From Escherichia coli (lineage in GTDB: Bacteria > Pseudomonadota > Gammaproteobacteria > Enterobacterales > Enterobacteriaceae), in the NCBI RefSeq assembly GCF_003334785.1, contig NZ_QOWV01000011.1: a stretch of DNA of 64,000 bases. The stretch is one strand, 5' to 3'. Of the stretch, positions 1 through 11,666 are shown one piece after another; the stretch's first letter is position 1, and each line of letters starts with the position of its first letter. The notes under the pieces are model-generated. The model saw nothing but the letters and a program-made list of their open reading frames with translations, was not told the DNA's origin and did no database searches. A program made the position numbers and the translations under genes.

Positions 1-97
1 TTATCGTGAGAGTAATTCATCGGCACGTTAAATCATATCAGGCGTAATACCACAACCCTTAAGTTAGCGCTTATGGGGTTTTTCCCCACCGTTCAGG

Positions 98-492
98 GTG
101 TTCCCCGCGCCAGCGGGGATAAACCGGTCATCACGATGAATCAAAATTTCGCCCGGCTGTGTTCCCCGCGCCAGCGGGGATAAACCGCTTCTCCACCGTT
201 TGGCGAATCGGTGTGAGGGGTGTTCCCCGCGCCAGCGGGGATAAACCGATTGTTATAATTATTTATTGAAATATCATTCCGTGTTCCCCGCGCCAGCGGG
301 GATAAACCGAATCTATTGTGAATTTGAAATGGTCCAGCACTGTGTTCCCCGCGCCAGCGGGGATAAACCGGGTAAAAACACGGTCTGAACCGACATTCAT
401 GTGTGTTCCCCGCGTCAGCGGGGATAAACCGGGCGCACTGGATGCGATGATGGATATCACTTGGAGTTCCCCCGCCCCTGCGGTAGAACTCC
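98..492 (+). CRISPR. Type I-E CRISPR array: seven 29-bp direct repeats (GTGTTCCCCGCGCCAGCGGGGATAAACCG) starting at 98, 159, 220, 281, 342, 403 (one C>T change) and 464 (degenerate terminal repeat), with six 32-bp spacers
   Basis: Exact 61-bp periodicity read directly. Repeat has the palindromic CCCCGCG/CGCGGGG core and ATAAACCG handle of the E. coli I-E repeat. Degenerate last repeat abuts iap, so crRNA would read left to right on +. Confidence 0.95.
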
Positions 493-513
493 CAGCTCCC
501 ATTTTCAAACCCA

Positions 514-1551
514 TCAAGACGCCTTCGCCAGCTCCTTCACCAACGGTAGCATTATCCGCATAACGTCACGGCAGCGACGTTCTATTCTTCCAGGAAGTGC
601 CTTATCAATATGCTGTTGATTATCCAGTCTTACGTCATGCCAGCTATTTCCCGCAGGGAATGCGGCTGTTTTTGCGCGTTGCTGATAACCATCCTTATTC
701 CCAAGATTCCAGTTAGTCGCTTCCACCGAAAGTACAGCAATGCCCGCTTTGTCGAATATTTCTGCGTCATTACAACACCCAGTGCCTTTCGGATAATTTT
801 TATTCAAACCCGGATTGGTCGTTGCGGCTATTCCGTGACTGCGCGCAATTGCCAGCGCCCTGTCGCGCGTTAATTTCCTTACTGCTTCAGGGGTTTTTAC
901 ACCGCTGTTGAAATACAATTTATCGCCAACAATTAAGTTATCGAGATTAATCACCAGCAGCGTATTTTTCTTTTCGGTGTCACTCATCCGCTTGAGTAAA
1001 TTCTCAGCGCCTAATTTCCCTTCCTCTTCGCCGCTGGTCGCCACAAATCGAATACCATACTCGGTAGGCGTATTTTTCAGGCGTTCTGCCAATTCCAGCA
1101 TGACACCTAAACCTGCGGCGTTATCATCCATTCCTTGTAACGTCAGCCCGCCGAGATTGGCATCGGCGTCAGCATCGCTCAGCGGGGCGTAAGTATCCAG
1201 ATGCGCCATAATGATGATCTGCTGCGGCGCTTTGCCTTCATGAGCGGCAATCACCGTACTTCCTGTCACGTTATGCCAGTTCTTGCGATTATCGCGGGCG
1301 GTATAAATATACCGACTATTAAATGTCCGAATATCACTGCGATAACCCATTTGCTGAAACTGTTGGCGAATATAATCGGCAGATAACATTTCTGCTGGAG
1401 TTCCGGTCATGCGTCCCGGAAAGAAAGTAGCAATATGTCGTGCCTGGGTATTAGCAAAATCGCCAGGTTTAGGTGACGAGGCGTGTACGGGGAGAATAAA
1501 GCATACGCCGAGCGCTAGGGCAGCGGTACGGTGGCGCAATGCGGAAAACAT
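514..1551 (-). CDS. iap: Alkaline phosphatase isozyme conversion aminopeptidase (M28 family), 345 aa
   Basis: ORF begins MFSALRHRTAALALGVCFILPVHASS (signal peptide); classic position next to the CRISPR array and divergent from cysD. Confidence 0.93.
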   Translation of the reverse strand: MFSALRHRTAALALGVCFILPVHASSPKPGDFANTQARHIATFFPGRMTGTPAEMLSADYIRQQFQQMGYRSDIRTFNSRYIYTARDNRKNWHNVTGSTVIAAHEGKAPQQIIIMAHLDTYAPLSDADADANLGGLTLQGMDDNAAGLGVMLELAERLKNTPTEYGIRFVATSGEEEGKLGAENLLKRMSDTEKKNTLLVINLDNLIVGDKLYFNSGVKTPEAVRKLTRDRALAIARSHGIAATTNPGLNKNYPKGTGCCNDAEIFDKAGIAVLSVEATNWNLGNKDGYQQRAKTAAFPAGNSWHDVRLDNQQHIDKALPGRIERRCRDVMRIMLPLVKELAKAS

Positions 1552-1802
1552 AGTGAGTCCTTAAATACCATGCAAATTTTTTTACCGCCATAGTATGAAA
1601 CTGCCGCTGCGCTAAAACAATTTCAAATCTTCCTAAACGCCCGAAATCCGGTGCCTTAAGCACTTTTTGATATTAGCTTTGCCAAATCGTTATTCCGTTA
1701 AGGAACTACTCATTCTAATTGGTAATTTCATTCGTTCTCTTACGCTCCCTATAGTCGAAACATCTGATGGCAAGAAAATAGCGGTATTGCAAAGGAACGG
1801 TT

Positions 1803-2711
1803 ATGGATCAAATACGACTTACTCACCTGCGGCAACTGGAGGCGGAAAGCATCCACATTATTCGCGAGGTGGCGGCAGAATTCTCAAATCCGGTGATGCT
1901 CTACTCTATCGGTAAAGATTCCAGCGTCATGCTGCATCTGGCGCGCAAGGCGTTTTATCCAGGTACGCTGCCTTTCCCGTTGCTGCATGTCGATACCGGC
2001 TGGAAATTCCGCGAGATGTATGAGTTCCGCGATCGTACGGCGAAAGCCTACGGCTGCGAGCTGCTGGTGCATAAAAACCCGGAAGGCGTGGCGATGGGGA
2101 TTAATCCATTCGTGCACGGCAGCGCGAAACATACCGATATTATGAAAACTGAAGGCCTGAAACAGGCGCTGAACAAATACGGTTTTGATGCCGCCTTCGG
2201 TGGTGCGCGCCGTGACGAAGAGAAATCCCGCGCTAAAGAGCGAATCTACTCTTTCCGTGACCGCTTCCATCGCTGGGATCCGAAAAATCAGCGCCCAGAG
2301 CTGTGGCACAACTACAACGGGCAAATTAACAAAGGCGAAAGCATCCGCGTCTTCCCGCTCTCTAACTGGACCGAGCAGGATATCTGGCAATACATCTGGC
2401 TGGAAAATATCGACATTGTGCCGCTGTATCTCGCTGCGGAACGTCCGGTTCTGGAACGCGACGGTATGTTGATGATGATTGATGACAACCGTATCGACCT
2501 GCAACCGGGCGAAGTGATTAAAAAACGGATGGTGCGTTTCCGTACGCTGGGCTGCTGGCCGCTGACCGGTGCGGTGGAGTCAAATGCACAAACACTACCG
2601 GAGATCATCGAAGAGATGCTGGTTTCTACCACCAGTGAACGTCAGGGCCGCGTGATTGACCGCGACCAGGCGGGGTCTATGGAGCTGAAAAAACGTCAGG
2701 GGTATTTTTAA
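1803..2711 (+). CDS. cysD: Sulfate adenylyltransferase subunit 2, 302 aa
   Basis: Translation [27 protein letters not shown]...; PAPS-reductase-like fold; followed directly by cysN. Confidence 0.96.
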   Translation: MDQIRLTHLRQLEAESIHIIREVAAEFSNPVMLYSIGKDSSVMLHLARKAFYPGTLPFPLLHVDTGWKFREMYEFRDRTAKAYGCELLVHKNPEGVAMGINPFVHGSAKHTDIMKTEGLKQALNKYGFDAAFGGARRDEEKSRAKERIYSFRDRFHRWDPKNQRPELWHNYNGQINKGESIRVFPLSNWTEQDIWQYIWLENIDIVPLYLAAERPVLERDGMLMMIDDNRIDLQPGEVIKKRMVRFRTLGCWPLTGAVESNAQTLPEIIEEMLVSTTSERQGRVIDRDQAGSMELKKRQGYF

Positions 2712-2712
2712 G

Positions 2713-4140
2713 ATGAACACCGCACTTGCACAACAAATCGCCAATGAAGGCGGCGTCGAAGCCTGGATGATTGCGCAACAACATAAAAGCCTGCTGCGTT
2801 TTCTGACCTGTGGTAGCGTCGATGACGGCAAAAGTACCCTGATTGGTCGCCTGCTGCACGATACCCGCCAAATCTACGAAGATCAGCTCTCATCGCTGCA
2901 TAACGACAGTAAACGTCACGGCACCCAGGGCGAAAAGCTGGATCTGGCACTGCTGGTGGACGGCCTGCAAGCTGAGCGCGAACAGGGCATCACCATTGAC
3001 GTGGCTTACCGCTATTTCTCTACCGAGAAGCGTAAATTTATTATCGCCGACACCCCAGGGCACGAGCAGTACACCCGCAATATGGCGACTGGCGCATCGA
3101 CATGTGAACTGGCGATCTTACTGATCGATGCCCGTAAAGGCGTGCTCGATCAAACCCGTCGTCACAGTTTTATCTCCACACTGTTGGGGATCAAACATCT
3201 GGTCGTGGCGATCAACAAAATGGATCTGGTGGATTACAGTGAAAAGACGTTCACCCGTATTCGTGAAGATTATCTGACCTTTGCCGGGCAGCTGCCGGGT
3301 AATCTGGATATCCGCTTTGTGCCGCTCTCTGCACTGGAAGGCGACAACGTGGCTTCGCAAAGTGAAAGTATGGCGTGGTACAGCGGTCCAACACTGCTCG
3401 AAGTGCTGGAAACCGTGGAGATCCAGCGAGTGGTGGATGCTCAGCCAATGCGCTTCCCGGTGCAGTACGTTAATCGCCCGAATCTCGATTTTCGTGGTTA
3501 CGCCGGAACGCTGGCATCCGGTCGCGTAGAAGTCGGGCAACGAGTCAAAGTGCTGCCCTCTGGTGTGGAATCAAACGTCGCCCGGATCGTGACTTTTGAT
3601 GGCGATCGCGAAGAAGCCTTTGCCGGAGAAGCGATCACCCTGGTGCTGACGGATGAGATCGACATCAGCCGTGGCGATCTGCTGCTGGCGGCAGACGAAG
3701 CGTTACCAGCTGTGCAGAGCGCGTCGGTGGATGTGGTATGGATGGCGGAACAGCCGCTTTCCCCGGGCCAGAGTTATGACATCAAAATTGCCGGTAAGAA
3801 GACGCGTGCTCGTGTTGATGGCATTCGTTATCAGGTTGATATTAATAACCTTACCCAACGCGAAGTTGAAAACCTGCCGCTGAACGGCATCGGCCTGGTG
3901 GATCTCACTTTTGACGAGCCACTGGTGTTAGATCGTTATCAGCAAAACCCGGTTACCGGTGGGCTGATTTTTATCGATCGCCTGAGCAATGTGACCGTAG
4001 GTGCCGGTATGGTGCATGAGCCAGTTAGCCAGGCAACTGCTGCGCCATCTGAATTTAGTGCATTCGAACTGGAATTGAATGCCCTGGTTCGCCGCCACTT
4101 TCCACACTGGGGCGCGCGCGATTTGCTGGGGGATAAATAA
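2713..4140 (+). CDS. cysN: Sulfate adenylyltransferase subunit 1 (GTPase), 475 aa
   Basis: GTP-binding motifs ([18 protein letters not shown]); starts 2 nt after the cysD stop. Confidence 0.96.
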   Translation: MNTALAQQIANEGGVEAWMIAQQHKSLLRFLTCGSVDDGKSTLIGRLLHDTRQIYEDQLSSLHNDSKRHGTQGEKLDLALLVDGLQAEREQGITIDVAYRYFSTEKRKFIIADTPGHEQYTRNMATGASTCELAILLIDARKGVLDQTRRHSFISTLLGIKHLVVAINKMDLVDYSEKTFTRIREDYLTFAGQLPGNLDIRFVPLSALEGDNVASQSESMAWYSGPTLLEVLETVEIQRVVDAQPMRFPVQYVNRPNLDFRGYAGTLASGRVEVGQRVKVLPSGVESNVARIVTFDGDREEAFAGEAITLVLTDEIDISRGDLLLAADEALPAVQSASVDVVWMAEQPLSPGQSYDIKIAGKKTRARVDGIRYQVDINNLTQREVENLPLNGIGLVDLTFDEPLVLDRYQQNPVTGGLIFIDRLSNVTVGAGMVHEPVSQATAAPSEFSAFELELNALVRRHFPHWGARDLLGDK

Positions 4141-4745
4141 TGGCGCTGCATGACGAAAACGTCGTCTGGCATAGCCATCCGGTCACTGTGCAACAACGCG
4201 AGCTACACCACGGTCATCGTGGTGTAGTGCTGTGGTTTACCGGCCTCTCCGGGTCCGGTAAATCAACGGTCGCCGGGGCGCTGGAGGAGGCGTTACATAA
4301 ACTCGGCGTCAGTACGTATCTGCTGGATGGCGATAATGTTCGCCACGGATTATGCAGCGATCTCGGTTTTAGCGATGCCGATCGTAAAGAGAATATCCGT
4401 CGCGTCGGTGAAGTGGCGAATTTGATGGTTGAAGCCGGACTGGTGGTGCTGACCGCATTTATCTCGCCACACCGCGCCGAACGCCAGATGGTTCGTGAAC
4501 GCGTAGGAGAAGGGCGCTTTATCGAAGTGTTTGTCGATACGCCGCTGGCGATTTGCGAAGCCCGCGATCCAAAAGGCTTATATAAGAAAGCGCGTGCCGG
4601 TGAACTGCGCTACTTTACGGGAATAGATTCCGTTTACGAAGCGCCTGAATCGGCAGAAATTCATCTCAATGGTGAACAATTAGTAACAAATTTGGTACAG
4701 CAATTATTAGATCTGTTGAGACAGAACGATATTATCAGATCCTGA
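4140..4745 (+). CDS. cysC: Adenylylsulfate (APS) kinase, 201 aa
   Basis: P-loop GLSGSGKST; start overlaps the cysN stop (TAATG), suggesting translational coupling. Confidence 0.96.
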   Translation: MALHDENVVWHSHPVTVQQRELHHGHRGVVLWFTGLSGSGKSTVAGALEEALHKLGVSTYLLDGDNVRHGLCSDLGFSDADRKENIRRVGEVANLMVEAGLVVLTAFISPHRAERQMVRERVGEGRFIEVFVDTPLAICEARDPKGLYKKARAGELRYFTGIDSVYEAPESAEIHLNGEQLVTNLVQQLLDLLRQNDIIRS

Positions 4746-4794
4746 GACACCACCGGGTTTCCATGCCCGGTTCGTCAAAGTAACAGGATCAAAT

Positions 4795-5118
4795 ATGCGT
4801 AATAGCCATAACATTACACTAACAAATAACGACAGCCTTACTGAGGATGAAGAAACCACATGGTCACTGCCTGGTGCCGTGGTCGGTTTTATCTCCTGGT
4901 TATTTGCGCTGGCGATGCCGATGTTGATTTATGGCTCTAACACGCTGTTCTTCTTTATCTACACCTGGCCTTTCTTTCTTGCGCTGATGCCCGTCGCGGT
5001 AGTGGTGGGGATTGCGCTGCATTCATTGATGGACGGAAAGCTACGCTACAGTATTGTTTTCACCCTGGTGACAGTAGGCATTATGTTTGGCGCACTGTTT
5101 ATGTGGCTACTGGGCTAA
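4795..5118 (+). CDS. ygbE: Small inner-membrane protein of unknown function (DUF3561-like), 107 aa
   Basis: Three predicted hydrophobic helices; conserved position between cysC and ftsB. Confidence 0.85.
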   Translation: MRNSHNITLTNNDSLTEDEETTWSLPGAVVGFISWLFALAMPMLIYGSNTLFFFIYTWPFFLALMPVAVVVGIALHSLMDGKLRYSIVFTLVTVGIMFGALFMWLLG

Positions 5119-5311
5119 TTTGTACTTTCCCGTCTCCTCTGTTCATAATTCAAACCGTAACTAATAATGAGATTATGTTCTGCACGCCCTGGGTATACGT
5201 AACAATGGACAAATGTGGTACATTTGCCCGCGTTGTCGCGGTATCCCCAACAGAGGATGTAGAGTCGTCTTCGGATGCATGGGATGATGATGCCGTTTTT
5301 CAGGGGGCAGG

Positions 5312-5623
5312 ATGGGTAAACTAACGCTGCTGTTGCTGGCTATTCTGGTCTGGCTACAGTATTCGCTGTGGTTCGGTAAGAACGGTATACATGACTATAC
5401 CCGCGTCAATGATGATGTGGCGGCACAGCAAGCTACAAACGCGAAACTTAAAGCGCGAAACGATCAACTTTTTGCCGAAATTGACGATCTCAATGGCGGC
5501 CAGGAGGCGCTCGAAGAGCGTGCGCGTAATGAACTCAGCATGACCAGGCCGGGCGAAACTTTTTATCGTCTGGTGCCTGACGCGTCGAAGCGCGCACAGT
5601 CTGCGGGGCAAAACAATCGATAA
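5312..5623 (+). CDS. ftsB: Cell division protein FtsB, 103 aa
   Basis: N-terminal TM helix plus coiled coil ([25 protein letters not shown]...). Confidence 0.95.
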
Positions 5624-5641
5624 ATCAGCCCGGGAATTAAC

Positions 5642-6352
5642 ATGGCAACCACTCATTTGGATGTTTGCGCCGTGGTTCCGGCGGCCGGATTTGGCCGTCG
5701 AATGCAAACGGAATGTCCTAAGCAATATCTCTCAATCGGTAATCAAACCATTCTTGAACACTCGGTGCATGCGCTGCTGGCGCATCCCCGGGTGAAACGA
5801 GTCGTCATTGCCATAAGTCCTGGCGATAGCCGTTTTGCACAACTTCCTCTGGCGAATCATCCGCAAATCACCGTTGTAGATGGCGGTGATGAGCGTGCCG
5901 ATTCCGTGCTGGCAGGTCTGAAAGCCGCTGGCGACGCGCAGTGGGTATTGGTGCATGACGCCGCTCGTCCTTGTTTGCATCAGGATGACCTCGCGCGATT
6001 GTTGGCGTTGAGCGAAACCAGCCGCACGGGGGGGATCCTCGCCGCACCAGTGCGCGATACTATGAAACGTGCCGAACCGGGCAAAAATGCCATTGCTCAT
6101 ACCGTTGATCGCAACGGCTTATGGCACGCGCTGACGCCGCAATTTTTCCCTCGTGAGCTGTTACATGACTGTCTGACGCGCGCTCTAAATGAAGGCGCGA
6201 CTATTACCGACGAAGCCTCGGCGCTGGAATATTGCGGATTCCATCCTCAGTTGGTCGAAGGCCGTGCGGATAACATTAAAGTCACGCGCCCGGAAGATTT
6301 GGCACTGGCCGAGTTTTACCTCACCCGAACCATCCATCAGGAGAATACATAA
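5642..6352 (+). CDS. ispD: 2-C-methyl-D-erythritol 4-phosphate cytidylyltransferase, 236 aa
   Basis: Translation [22 protein letters not shown]...; MEP pathway. Confidence 0.96.
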
Positions 6353-6831
6353 TGCGAATTGGACACGGTTTTGACGTACATGCCTTTGGCGGTGAAGGCC
6401 CAATTATCATTGGTGGCGTACGCATTCCTTACGAAAAAGGATTGCTGGCGCATTCTGATGGCGACGTGGCGCTCCATGCGTTGACCGATGCATTGCTTGG
6501 CGCGGCGGCGCTGGGGGATATCGGCAAGCTGTTCCCGGATACCGATCCGGCATTTAAAGGTGCCGATAGCCGCGAGCTGCTACGCGAAGCCTGGCGTCGT
6601 ATTCAGGCGAAGGGTTATACCCTTGGCAACGTCGATGTCACTATCATCGCTCAGGCACCGAAGATGTTGCCGCACATTCCACAAATGCGCGTGTTTATTG
6701 CCGAAGATCTCGGCTGCCATATGGATGATGTTAACGTGAAAGCCACTACTACGGAAAAACTGGGATTTACCGGACGTGGGGAAGGGATTGCCTGTGAAGC
6801 GGTGGCGCTACTCATTAAGGCAACAAAATGA
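6352..6831 (+). CDS. ispF: 2-C-methyl-D-erythritol 2,4-cyclodiphosphate synthase, 159 aa
   Basis: Translation [39 protein letters not shown]...; start overlaps the ispD stop. Confidence 0.96.
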
Positions 6832-7857
6832 TTGAGTTTGATAATCTCACTTACCTCCACGGTAAACCGCAAGGCACCGGGCTGCTGAAAGCCAATCCGG
6901 AAGACTTTGTGGTGGTGGAAGATTTGGGCTTTGAGCCTGATGGTGAAGGTGAGCATATTCTGGTTAGAATCCTCAAAAACGGCTGCAATACCCGTTTTGT
7001 GGCGGATGCACTGGCGAAATTCCTGAAAATTCATGCCCGTGAAGCCAGCTTCGCTGGGCAAAAAGACAAACATGCTGTTACGGAACAGTGGTTATGCGCT
7101 CGCGTGCCGGGCAAGGAAATGCCCGATCTGAGCGCCTTTCAACTGGAAGGCTGCCAGGTGCTGGAGTATGCGCGGCACAAGCGCAAGCTGCGTTTAGGGG
7201 CGCTGAAAGGAAACGCCTTTACCCTGGTTCTGCGCGAAGTGAGCAATCGCGATGACGTTGAACAACGTCTGAACGATATTTGCGTAAAAGGTGTACCGAA
7301 CTACTTCGGTGCCCAACGTTTTGGGATTGGCGGTAGCAACTTGCAGGGGGCGCAGCGCTGGGCGCAAACCAATACTCCGGTGCGCGATCGCAATAAACGG
7401 AGTTTTTGGTTGTCGGCAGCCCGCAGTGCGTTGTTTAATCAGATTGTTGCTGAGCGCCTCAAAAAAGCAGACGTTAATCAAGTTGTTGACGGCGATGCGC
7501 TACAATTAGCCGGACGTGGTAGCTGGTTTGTCGCAACCACCGAAGAACTGGCGGAATTACAGCGTCGCGTTAACGATAAAGAGCTGATGATAACCGCCGC
7601 ATTGCCGGGCAGTGGCGAATGGGGAACTCAGCGTGAAGCGCTGGCATTCGAACAAGCAGCTGTCGCCGCAGAAACTGAATTACAAGCTTTACTGGTGCGC
7701 GAAAAAGTTGAAGCCGCGCGCAGAGCGATGCTGCTGTATCCGCAACAATTAAGCTGGAATTGGTGGGATGACGTCACCGTAGAGATCCGTTTCTGGCTTC
7801 CGGCGGGTAGTTTTGCAACCAGCGTTGTCAGGGAACTTATCAACACAACAGGTGATT

Positions 7858-7877
<20 letters not shown>
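6828..7877 (+). CDS. truD: tRNA pseudouridine(13) synthase TruD, 349 aa
   Basis: Translation [43 protein letters not shown]...; 4-nt overlap with ispF. Confidence 0.95.
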
Positions 7878-9239
<1,362 letters not shown>

Positions 9240-9378
9240 AACGTGAGGAAATACCTGGATTTTTCCTGGTTATTTTGCCGCAGGTCAGCGTATCGTGAAC
9301 ATCTTTTCCAGTGTTCAGTAGGGTGCCTTGCACGGTAATTATGTCACTGGTTATTAACCAATTTTTCCTGGGGGATAA

Positions 9379-10518
9379 ATGAGCGCGGGAAGCCCAAAAT
9401 TCACCGTTCGCCGCATTGCGGCTTTGTCACTGGTTTCGCTATGGCTGGCAGGCTGTTCTGACACTTCAAATCCACCGGCACCGGTCAGCTCCGTTAATGG
9501 CAATGCGCCTGCAAATACTAATTCTGGTATGTTGATTACGCCGCCGCCGAAAATGGGGACGACGTCTACAGCGCAGCAACCGCAAATTCAGCCGGTACAG
9601 CAGCCACAAATTCAGGCTACTCAACAACCGCAAATCCAGCCAGTGCAGCCAGTAGCTCAGCAGCCGGTACAGATGGAAAACGGACGCATCGTCTATAACC
9701 GTCAGTATGGGAACATTCCGAAAGGCAGTTATAGCGGCAGTACCTATACCGTGAAAAAAGGCGACACACTTTTCTATATCGCCTGGATTACTGGCAACGA
9801 TTTCCGTGACCTTGCTCAGCGCAACAATATTCAGGCACCATACGCGCTGAACGTTGGTCAGACCTTGCAGGTGGGTAATGCTTCCGGTACGCCAATCACT
9901 GGCGGAAATGCCATTACCCAGGCCGACGCAGCAGAGCAAGGAGTTGTGATCAAGCCTGCACAAAATTCCACCGTTGCTGTTGCGTCGCAACCGACAATTA
10001 CGTATTCTGAATCTTCGGGTGAACAGAGTGCTAACAAAATGTTGCCGAACAACAAGCCAGCTGCGACCACGGTCACAGCGCCTGTAACGGTACCAACAGC
10101 AAGCACAACCGAGCCAACTGTCAGCAGTACATCAACCAGTACGCCTATCTCCACCTGGCGCTGGCCGACTGAGGGCAAAGTGATCGAAACCTTTGGCGCT
10201 TCTGAGGGGGGCAACAAGGGGATTGATATCGCAGGCAGCAAAGGACAGGCAATTATCGCGACCGCAGATGGCCGCGTTGTTTATGCTGGTAACGCGCTGC
10301 GCGGCTACGGTAATCTGATTATCATCAAACATAATGATGATTACCTGAGTGCCTACGCCCATAACGACACAATGCTGGTCCGGGAACAACAAGAAGTGAA
10401 GGCGGGGCAAAAAATAGCAACCATGGGTAGCACCGGAACCAGTTCAACACGCTTGCATTTTGAAATTCGTTACAAGGGGAAATCCGTAAACCCGCTGCGT
10501 TATTTGCCGCAGCGATAA
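9379..10518 (+). CDS. nlpD: Lipoprotein NlpD (LysM plus degenerate M23 peptidase domain), 379 aa
   Basis: Lipobox LWLAGCS; Q/P-rich repeat [25 protein letters not shown]; M23-like C-terminal region. Confidence 0.95.
   Translation: MSAGSPKFTVRRIAALSLVSLWLAGCSDTSNPPAPVSSVNGNAPANTNSGMLITPPPKMGTTSTAQQPQIQPVQQPQIQATQQPQIQPVQPVAQQPVQMENGRIVYNRQYGNIPKGSYSGSTYTVKKGDTLFYIAWITGNDFRDLAQRNNIQAPYALNVGQTLQVGNASGTPITGGNAITQADAAEQGVVIKPAQNSTVAVASQPTITYSESSGEQSANKMLPNNKPAATTVTAPVTVPTASTTEPTVSSTSTSTPISTWRWPTEGKVIETFGASEGGNKGIDIAGSKGQAIIATADGRVVYAGNALRGYGNLIIIKHNDDYLSAYAHNDTMLVREQQEVKAGQKIATMGSTGTSSTRLHFEIRYKGKSVNPLRYLPQR
9980..10008 (+). promoter_or_regulatory. Candidate major rpoS promoter inside nlpD (-35 TTGCGT, 17-bp spacer, -10 TATTCT)
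   Basis: Hexamers read directly; predicted start is about 566 nt upstream of the rpoS ATG, matching the long rpoS 5' UTR as I recall it. Confidence 0.55.
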
Positions 10519-10580
10519 ATCGGCGGAACCAGGCTTTTGCTTGAATGTTCCGTCAAGGGATCACGGGTAGGAGCCACCTT

Positions 10581-11573
10581 ATGAGTCAGAATACGCTGAA
10601 AGTTCATGATTTAAATGAAGATGCGGAATTTGATGAGAACGGAGTTGAGGTTTTTGACGAAAAGGCCTTAGTAGAAGAGGAACCCAGTGATAACGATTTG
10701 GCCGAAGAGGAACTGTTATCGCAGGGAGCCACACAGCGTGTGTTGGACGCGACTCAGCTTTACCTTGGTGAGATTGGTTATTCACCACTGTTAACGGCCG
10801 AAGAAGAAGTTTATTTTGCGCGTCGCGCACTGCGTGGAGATGTCGCCTCTCGCCGCCGGATGATCGAGAGTAACTTGCGTCTGGTGGTAAAAATTGCCCG
10901 CCGTTATGGCAATCGTGGTCTGGCGTTGCTGGACCTTATCGAAGAGGGCAACCTGGGGCTGATCCGCGCGGTAGAGAAGTTTGACCCGGAACGTGGTTTC
11001 CGCTTCTCAACATACGCAACCTGGTGGATTCGCCAGACGATTGAACGGGCGATTATGAACCAAACCCGTACTATTCGTTTGCCGATTCACATCGTAAAGG
11101 AGCTGAACGTTTACCTGCGAACCGCACGTGAGTTGTCCCATAAGCTGGACCATGAACCAAGTGCGGAAGAGATCGCAGAGCAACTGGATAAGCCAGTTGA
11201 TGACGTCAGCCGTATGCTTCGTCTTAACGAGCGCATTACCTCGGTAGACACCCCGCTGGGTGGTGATTCCGAAAAAGCGTTGCTGGACATCCTGGCCGAT
11301 GAAAAAGAGAACGGTCCGGAAGATACCACGCAAGATGACGATATGAAGCAGAGCATCGTCAAATGGCTGTTCGAGCTGAACGCCAAACAGCGTGAAGTGC
11401 TGGCACGTCGATTCGGTTTGCTGGGGTACGAAGCGGCAACACTGGAAGATGTAGGTCGTGAAATTGGCCTCACCCGTGAACGTGTTCGCCAGATTCAGGT
11501 TGAAGGCCTGCGCCGTTTGCGTGAAATCCTGCAAACGCAGGGGCTGAATATCGAAGCGCTGTTCCGCGAGTAA
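10581..11573 (+). CDS. rpoS: RNA polymerase sigma factor sigma-S (sigma-38), 330 aa, intact
   Basis: Start set at the ATG giving [21 protein letters not shown]... (ORF track starts 36 nt upstream); sigma-70 family regions 2-4; codon 33 is GAG (Glu), no internal stop. Confidence 0.95.
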   Translation: MSQNTLKVHDLNEDAEFDENGVEVFDEKALVEEEPSDNDLAEEELLSQGATQRVLDATQLYLGEIGYSPLLTAEEEVYFARRALRGDVASRRRMIESNLRLVVKIARRYGNRGLALLDLIEEGNLGLIRAVEKFDPERGFRFSTYATWWIRQTIERAIMNQTRTIRLPIHIVKELNVYLRTARELSHKLDHEPSAEEIAEQLDKPVDDVSRMLRLNERITSVDTPLGGDSEKALLDILADEKENGPEDTTQDDDMKQSIVKWLFELNAKQREVLARRFGLLGYEAATLEDVGREIGLTRERVRQIQVEGLRRLREILQTQGLNIEALFRE

Positions 11574-11588
11574 GTAAGCATCTGTCAG

Positions 11589-11620
11589 AAAGGCCAGTCT
11601 CAAGCGAGGCTGGCCTTTTC
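11589..11620 (+). terminator. Rho-independent terminator after rpoS (AGGCCAG...CTGGCCT stem plus T-run)
   Basis: Hairpin followed by TTTTC, read directly. Confidence 0.7.
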
Positions 11621-11629
11621 TGTGCACAA

Positions 11630-11660
11630 TAAAAGGTCCGATGCCCATCGGACCTTTTTA
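11630..11660. terminator. Bidirectional hairpin terminator between convergent rpoS and ygbN
   Basis: Stem GGTCCGATG/CATCGGACC flanked by A-run on one side and T-run on the other. Confidence 0.65.
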
Positions 11661-11666
11661 TTAAGG

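Noticed and set aside
263-563. ORFs of 84 aa (minus) and 81 aa (plus) across the CRISPR array
   Set aside because: They run through repeats and spacers; their apparent coding potential is an artefact of the periodic repeat sequence.
5103-5324. 73-aa ORF between ygbE and ftsB
   Set aside because: It overlaps the ftsB start, has no convincing RBS, and the region looks like promoter/leader sequence. Kept only as a low-priority check under the ygbE finding.
11007-11648. 213-aa and 120-aa ORFs antisense to rpoS
   Set aside because: Overlap the rpoS coding region on the opposite strand; rpoS identity is unambiguous.
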